The notes beneath the pieces are model-generated. The model did not search any database. It was not told the DNA's origin and saw only the letters and a list, made by a program, of their open reading frames with translations. A DNA stretch of 64,000 bases from an uncultured Pikeienuella sp. (GTDB taxonomy: Bacteria > Pseudomonadota > Alphaproteobacteria > Rhodobacterales > Rhodobacteraceae), in assembly GCA_965659735.1 (NCBI GenBank), contig CBFHXH010000008.1:74-64073 (forward strand). The letters run 5' to 3'. Within the stretch, counting starts at the first letter, position 1. Each line of letters starts with the position of its first letter. Made by a program: the position numbers and the translations under genes. Positions 58,448-64,000 of this stretch are shown here, one piece after another.

Positions 58448-58693
58448 CTAGTAGAAGACAGGCCGTTCCAATGGGCCGGAGGCGAGCGCAAGCTACTCCA
58501 TCGCGTCGCGACTGGGGTGGTAGAGGTCGATCAACACCATGTCGGGCTGTGCGTCGGCGATACGCCGGGCCAGGCCGGTTTCCTCGCCAATTACCTCAAT
58601 ATCGAAATCGCCGCTGTCCTGAAGACCATCAACAATCATCAGCGCGCGGTCGCGATCACCTTCAACCAGAATGAAATTCAGTTTCTTCGTCAT
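58448..58693 (-). pseudogene. NasT-like ANTAR response regulator remnant (receiver part only)
   Basis: MTKKLNFILVEGDRDRALMIVDGL...GLARRIA...PDMVLIDL..PSRDAME*LALASGPLERPV, then truncation. TAG at 58493-58495; ANTAR domain absent. Confidence 0.75.
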
Positions 58694-58878
58694 CGTCGAC
58701 CTGAGCAGTTCAGTAATTTATATTTCAGCGCAACATTTGCATCCGCAAGCGCAATCTGGGTCGCAGTCATCCGTCCCGATCCAACGCGGTTTTCGGTCAA
58801 ACTGATCCGGATTGATCGGAAAACGCTCTAACAGTTGCCAGCGACGGGTATGGTGGTTGATAACCTAAGGAGAGCGTG

Positions 58879-59298
58879 ATGCAGCCCACCGACCCAACAG
58901 ACCTGATCCGCGCGACTTGGGCGCAAGCCGCCGCCGCGCAAGCCGACATGGCGCGGCTATTCTATGGACGGCTTTTTACCATCGCGCCCGAAACCAGGAA
59001 ACTGTTCAAGACCGACATGGAACAGCAAGGCCGCAAGCTGGTCGAGACGTTGGGCTTTGTGATCGACAACCTGACCAACCCGGATGCGCTAAAGCCCGCG
59101 GCCGAGGATCTGGCTGTGCGTCATCTGAACTACGAAGTCGAAAAGAATCACTACGCTGCTGTTTCGCAATCGCTGCTCTGGACGCTGGAGGAGCTTTTGG
59201 GCGGCGCCTACACGCCTGAGGCGGCCAAGGCGTGGACCGATGTTCTGGCGGTGCTGGAAAAGATCATGACCGACGCTGCTTATCCCGCCGAGGGTTGA
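58879..59298 (+). CDS. Single-domain bacterial globin (flavohemoglobin/Vgb-type globin domain)
   Basis: FY (TyrB10), APETRKLF (PheCD1), QQGRKL (GlnE7), LAVRH (HisF8), HYAAV and AW motifs; AAGGAG RBS. Confidence 0.9.
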   Translation: MQPTDPTDLIRATWAQAAAAQADMARLFYGRLFTIAPETRKLFKTDMEQQGRKLVETLGFVIDNLTNPDALKPAAEDLAVRHLNYEVEKNHYAAVSQSLLWTLEELLGGAYTPEAAKAWTDVLAVLEKIMTDAAYPAEG

Positions 59299-59308
59299 AC
59301 TGACCCAA

Positions 59309-59326
59309 ACTATACCAAAGGATAGT
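59309..59326. promoter_or_regulatory. 18-bp inverted repeat upstream of the FIST gene (candidate LuxR/NarL-type site)
   Basis: ACTAT-accaaagg-ATAGT. Confidence 0.4.
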
Positions 59327-59401
59327 CAACCTACTCCTAATGATGAAAGCCAGCTCAAGCGTTGATGCCTAAAATTTGTATTAGATTCGATAGGCAACGA
59401 C

Positions 59402-60583
59402 ATGAAGATTTCTACTGGGGCCGCTAGCGCTGCAGACACGCATTCCGCAATCACTAACGCCATTTCGGCGATGGGCGATATCGCGCCCGATTTCGTCGTG
59501 GCGCACTTGGCAGCCGGGCACGACGCTGACACCGCGCGCGCCGCAATCCGTGCAGCGTGGGGCGATGACGTCGTGATCCATGGCGGCACGTCCTGTTTGG
59601 GCGTGATGACCGGCGCCGGGGCCTGTATCACTGATGGCCAGGGGCTGGGCCTGGCCGCGTTGCAGGATGAAGACGGCGATTTCGGCGTCGGCCTGGCAGA
59701 TCTGGGCGACGACCCCCGCGCCGCCGCAGCCGCAGCCGCGCGCAAGGCGCTGCAGGACGCTGGCCGCGTTGGCGAGGCGCCCGACCTGATCTGGCTGACC
59801 GCCGCCCCCGGCGCGGAAGAGGCCGTGATCGCCGGCATCGAAGATGTCGTCGGTAAGGAATGTCAGATTGTCGGCGGCAGCGCGGCAGACAACAGCATCG
59901 CGGGCGACTGGTTCGTCTTTGACGGGGCCAGCCGGTCAGGGCAGGGCATCGTCATCTCCATGCTCTTCCCATCAGGCGCCAGCGCAACGGCTTACCAAAG
60001 CGGTTATGCGCCAACCAATCACTTTGGCGTCGCGACCCGCACCGAAGGTCGCCGGGTTTACGAGATTAACGACCGCCCCGCCCGCGAAGTCTACGCCGAA
60101 TGGACCAACGGCGCGGTTTGCGCCGATACCCCGGCTGAGCCTGCGGCGATCCTGGCGGACAGTACCTTTGCGCCACTGGGCCGCAAGGGCGGCGACGTGG
60201 CTGATGTGCCGTTTTACCTGTTGGCGCATCCATCCACGGCGCATCCGGACGATTCGCTAGAACTGTTTGCGGACATCGATCAGGGCGAAGAACTGCGCCT
60301 GATGTCGGGCGGCGTCGAAAGCCTGACATCCCGCGCCGGCCGCGTCGCAGCGCAGGCGTTGGAACAGACCGAGGGGCAGGTCGCAGGCGCGCTGATGGTC
60401 TACTGCGGCGGCTGCATGTTGGCGGTGCAGGATCATATGGAACGGGTCGCCGAAGGCATCGATCGCGCGCTGGGCGGGGCGCCGTTTCTGGGCGTCTTTA
60501 CATTTGGCGAACAGGGCCCCGTGCTGAACTGCGATAATCGCCATGGCAATCTGATGATTTCATGTGTCACATTCGCCCTATAA
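59402..60583 (+). CDS. FIST_N/FIST_C domain protein (NosP-like)
   Basis: HGGTSCLG, IVGGSAAD, RVYEINDRPA, YCGGC, GVFTFGEQG and HGNLMIS motifs. Confidence 0.9.
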   Translation: MKISTGAASAADTHSAITNAISAMGDIAPDFVVAHLAAGHDADTARAAIRAAWGDDVVIHGGTSCLGVMTGAGACITDGQGLGLAALQDEDGDFGVGLADLGDDPRAAAAAAARKALQDAGRVGEAPDLIWLTAAPGAEEAVIAGIEDVVGKECQIVGGSAADNSIAGDWFVFDGASRSGQGIVISMLFPSGASATAYQSGYAPTNHFGVATRTEGRRVYEINDRPAREVYAEWTNGAVCADTPAEPAAILADSTFAPLGRKGGDVADVPFYLLAHPSTAHPDDSLELFADIDQGEELRLMSGGVESLTSRAGRVAAQALEQTEGQVAGALMVYCGGCMLAVQDHMERVAEGIDRALGGAPFLGVFTFGEQGPVLNCDNRHGNLMISCVTFAL

Positions 60584-60602
60584 GACTGCGACGGAAGAAG
60601 AC

Positions 60603-63395
60603 ATGGCGGATGACGAGGCGCTTCGCGAAGCGCTGATAGAATTGGACGCGCTGCGCCAGCGAGAGACTGTAGCGCTGCGCGAATCCAATGCGCTGGTCAG
60701 CTGCCTGTCCGCCGTCGCGACCTCCGCCACGCCGGAAGCGGCGTTGTCCTCGTTGTTGGACGCCATCCGGAACACGGTCAGCGCCTCCGTCGTCGCCATC
60801 ATTCGCCAAGGCGATGGCGCGGGCGAAGTCGTTATATCATCCGCGCCTGAACTCGTCGGCCTGCCAGCGCCTGTAGCGCTGATGAAGGGGGTCAAACCCC
60901 GCCGGATCGTATCACTGGCCGACGTCGCATGGTGGCCCACCAGCGATGACTGGCCAGCAATGGGATCCGCACTGGCCGCGCCTGTGAAACTGGACGACGC
61001 CAAGGGCGCGCTGGTTTGCCTGTCGGATCAACCGGACATGTTCAGCGCCGCCGATGCGCGCATCCTCCCCCGTCTGGCCGAGGTCGCCGTTCAGGCGTTG
61101 GCGACGCTGGAACTGTCGCACCGCAACGCCTTTTTGGCGGGTGTCATCGACAATTCCGCAGTCAGTGTTTCGGTCGCCGACCTGCGCGTGGACGGCACGC
61201 CGCTGATCTATGTGAACGACGCCTTTACAACTCTCAGCGGCTATACCCGCGATGATGTTCTGGGCCGCAACTGCCGCTTTCTGTCGGCGGAATCAAAGAA
61301 CAGCGAAGTACGCACCACGCTTCGAACCGCGGTGGCTGAGGTCAGGGCGGGCGAGTTTGAGCTACGCAACCGGCGCAAGGATGGTGCGCAATTCTGGAAC
61401 CGCCTGTCCCTATACCCCATCGACGGCGAAGATGGCGAACCGCGATACCTGGTCGCCACGCAAGTCGACATTACCGCAGAAAAGACCGCTGAAGCGGCGC
61501 GCGAAATGGCCAGCAAGCGCCTCAGATCCGCGCTTTCCACCACATCCGAAGGGTTTCTGTTGCTGAACCCAAACGGGCGCATCGTATTCGCCAACACCCG
61601 CTACCGCGACTTCTTTGAAACTGCATCCGGCGCCTGGGATGACGGCGCCGATTTTGTTGAGGCGTGGGCGGCGCGCCTGCGCGACCTTGGCGAGGACGCA
61701 GACAACGCGCTGCAAGGCGCGCTCGCCTATCGCGACAGCCTGTTCGCCGGCGCGAAAGACCAGGAAGTCGTTCTGCCAGACGGACGGGTCATGCTGATCA
61801 ACAACCGCTTGACTGCCGAAGGCGGCGCAGTGTCCATCGCAACCAACATAACCAGCCTGAAGGCGACGGAACGCGTTTTGGCCCAGCGCGCCGCTGCCAT
61901 CGACGCCAGCCAGGACGGCATCGCCGTCGCCGATGGCGAAGGCCGGCTGCTATACGCCAACGCCAGCTATCTGGCGATGTACGGCTATGATCATCAGTAC
62001 GAATTGCTGGGCAAATCATGGCGTGCAGCCTTTGCCAAAGACCAGTGGAACCGCATCCAGCGCGAGGCGATCCCGGCCCTTGAGAAGAAGGGCGCTTGGC
62101 GCGCCGAAATGCCGGGCATATCAAAAACGGGGGATGTCGTCCTGCAGGAGTTTTCGGTTACCTACGCCGAGGGTATAGGCATCGTTTGCATTGCCCGTGA
62201 TATGCGTCAGCGCCACAAAGCGCGAACCGAACGCGCACGTCTGGTCGAACAACTGCAAGCCGCTCAGCGGCAGGAAGCGATTGGCCAGCTTGCCGCTGGG
62301 GTTGCGCATGATTTCAACAACGTGCTGTCCGCCATCAACGGCTCTGCCGCGCTGATCGAGACCGATCTTGAACGTGGCAAGCCAGTCAGCGCCCATGTTG
62401 AACGCATTGCGCAGGCAGGAGATCAGGCGAAAGGGCTGATCAAACGGCTGTTGGACTTTGGCGCTCGGCGGTCATCTAAATCACAGACCGATTTGGGTGA
62501 TAGCGTGGCTGAGGCTGTCGACCTCCTCCGTTCTGGCGTGCCACAAGGAATAGATCTAACGTTCACCCTGCCAGAAGTGCCCATTATGGCGTCCGCCGAT
62601 CCGACCGACCTGATTCAGATCATCCTAAACCTTGGCATCAACGCCCGCGATGCAATGGTCGATTGCGCGGGGAAAATCACAATATCGCTCGGCATGATGG
62701 ATACGCCGCCAAAAACCGCGCAAGTCGGCGTCATCGATCCCGCCAAGGCCTATGCATTGATCACTGTGTCCGACACGGGCGCGGGCATGACGACGGATCA
62801 GGTTGAAAATATCTTTCAGGCGTATTTTTCGACCAAGGGTGACAAAGGCACGGGCCTTGGCCTTTCGATCGTATCGACCATTATGCGCGGGCTTGGGGGG
62901 GCGATATCCGTCACCTCCGCCTTGGGCGATGGGACGACTTTTCATGTCTATTACCCAATTGAAGCAACCGATCTGGCACGGCCTGCCAAACGCAATAATC
63001 CAACTGCAAACGCAGACCTTCAAGGGTGTTTAATCCTGATCTGCGACGATAACATTGGCGTCGCCGAAACCCATGCCGCCATTTTGGAAAGCGCAGGTGC
63101 GGAAACCGCCGTTGTCGAAGACCCACGCGATGCGCTGGACGCACTTAGAGAAGATCCTGACGCCTGGGATGCGCTGCTGACAGATTTCGACATGCCGCAC
63201 ATGAATGGGGCCGAACTGGCAAGTGCGGTGCGTGATGCGCGGGCCGATTTGCCGATCGTACTTTGTACAACCCATAACCTTCGTCGCCGTTCTAGCACCA
63301 TATTCGACGCCGAATTAGGGAAGCCAGTCGAGTCATCAGCCTTGATTTTAGCGCTTGAGACAGCGATCAACATAACAGTCGATGTTCCTCAGTGA
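60603..63395 (+). CDS. Hybrid sensor histidine kinase: GAF-like - LOV - PAS - PAS - HisKA - HATPase - REC
   Basis: LOV motif GRNCRFLS; H-box GVAHDFNN; NLGINARDAM, DTGAGM and GTGLGL boxes; receiver CDDN...TDFDMP...KP. ATG 60603 (the ORF track opens at GTG 60564). Confidence 0.92.
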   Translation: MADDEALREALIELDALRQRETVALRESNALVSCLSAVATSATPEAALSSLLDAIRNTVSASVVAIIRQGDGAGEVVISSAPELVGLPAPVALMKGVKPRRIVSLADVAWWPTSDDWPAMGSALAAPVKLDDAKGALVCLSDQPDMFSAADARILPRLAEVAVQALATLELSHRNAFLAGVIDNSAVSVSVADLRVDGTPLIYVNDAFTTLSGYTRDDVLGRNCRFLSAESKNSEVRTTLRTAVAEVRAGEFELRNRRKDGAQFWNRLSLYPIDGEDGEPRYLVATQVDITAEKTAEAAREMASKRLRSALSTTSEGFLLLNPNGRIVFANTRYRDFFETASGAWDDGADFVEAWAARLRDLGEDADNALQGALAYRDSLFAGAKDQEVVLPDGRVMLINNRLTAEGGAVSIATNITSLKATERVLAQRAAAIDASQDGIAVADGEGRLLYANASYLAMYGYDHQYELLGKSWRAAFAKDQWNRIQREAIPALEKKGAWRAEMPGISKTGDVVLQEFSVTYAEGIGIVCIARDMRQRHKARTERARLVEQLQAAQRQEAIGQLAAGVAHDFNNVLSAINGSAALIETDLERGKPVSAHVERIAQAGDQAKGLIKRLLDFGARRSSKSQTDLGDSVAEAVDLLRSGVPQGIDLTFTLPEVPIMASADPTDLIQIILNLGINARDAMVDCAGKITISLGMMDTPPKTAQVGVIDPAKAYALITVSDTGAGMTTDQVENIFQAYFSTKGDKGTGLGLSIVSTIMRGLGGAISVTSALGDGTTFHVYYPIEATDLARPAKRNNPTANADLQGCLILICDDNIGVAETHAAILESAGAETAVVEDPRDALDALREDPDAWDALLTDFDMPHMNGAELASAVRDARADLPIVLCTTHNLRRRSSTIFDAELGKPVESSALILALETAINITVDVPQ

Positions 63396-63410
63396 CTGAA
63401 AGAACCTTTT

Positions 63411-64000
63411 ATGCGGATTCTCATAGCTGATGACCACGAATTGGTGCGGGATACGATCTCCGCATTTCTGGAACGCGAAGGTGGGTTTGAGGTCACCTCA
63501 ACCGACGATTATTTCAAGGCCACAAAGATCATCACCGAAAAAGGACCCTTCGATTTAGTGCTACTGGATTATTCCATGCCAGGCATGGTCGGTTTAAGTA
63601 CGCTTGAAGTTGCGCGGGAGCGAAATAGTGGCAAACCCGTCGCACTGATATCAGGCGCGGCAGACAAAGGTGTTGCGCAGGAAGCTTTGGCCGCTGGGGC
63701 TGCCGGGTTCTTGCCGAAATCGATGGCTGCTAAATCACTGATAAGTGCGGTTAAATTTATGATTATGGGGGAGCAATACGCTCCAATTGATTTTATGACG
63801 GCTGAGGAGCCTAAAGATGAAAATCCCCTTAAATCTTTACTATCAGAGCGAGAAATTCAGGTTTTGGAAGGGCTTTGCAAAGGTAAGTCTAACAAGGAAA
63901 TTGCTCGCGACTTAACCCTACAGGAAGTCACAATCAAACTGCATGTCAAAACTCTATGCCGCAAGTTGTCTGCAAAAAACCGTACCCAAGCTGCTATTAT
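63411..64000 (+). CDS. NarL/LuxR-family response regulator (runs off the window end)
   Basis: Not in the ORF track. MRILIADDHELVRD...LLDYSMPG...LSEREIQVLEGLCKGKSNKEIARDLTLQEVTIKLHVKTLCRKL. Confidence 0.93.
   Translation, partial: MRILIADDHELVRDTISAFLEREGGFEVTSTDDYFKATKIITEKGPFDLVLLDYSMPGMVGLSTLEVARERNSGKPVALISGAADKGVAQEALAAGAAGFLPKSMAAKSLISAVKFMIMGEQYAPIDFMTAEEPKDENPLKSLLSEREIQVLEGLCKGKSNKEIARDLTLQEVTIKLHVKTLCRKLSAKNRTQAAI

Noticed and set aside
58694-58870. Sigma54 promoter or NtrC sites for nasT or the globin
   Set aside because: Only weak GG-N10-GC and TGC-rich matches, expected by chance at this GC content.

Overview
GC-rich alphaproteobacterial (Rhodobacteraceae-like) chromosomal segment. 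No rRNA, tRNA, CRISPR array or intact mobile element was seen. Core blocks are intact: phaR, tag, npr-manX-hprK-chvG-chvI, pckA, aminotransferase-ftsK, phoX, hmgA-fahA, a GltD-like reductase plus 2-oxoacid:ferredoxin oxidoreductase operon, a family-5 ABC transporter and two biotin carboxylase systems. Between them lie accessory genes, many of them eroded (DUF6434, a methyltransferase, a second adenylate cyclase, a headless RTX gene, an RraA-like gene, a nasT stub). The best leads are three. (1) At the right end, a globin - FIST/NosP - hybrid histidine kinase - LuxR regulator locus whose kinase carries a LOV (blue-light) domain with the photoactive Cys, suggesting joint light and NO sensing. 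(2) A structured leader with a tandem motif and an SD-sequestering hairpin upstream of creatinase, a candidate new riboswitch. (3) An unannotated 52-aa ORF with a CU-rich 3'UTR, divergent from a GcvA-like LysR gene. Candidate operators (LexA, PhaR, LiuR-like, an hmgA spacer palindrome) and a 10-bp VNTR were also found by eye. All family assignments come from motif recognition, not database searches.
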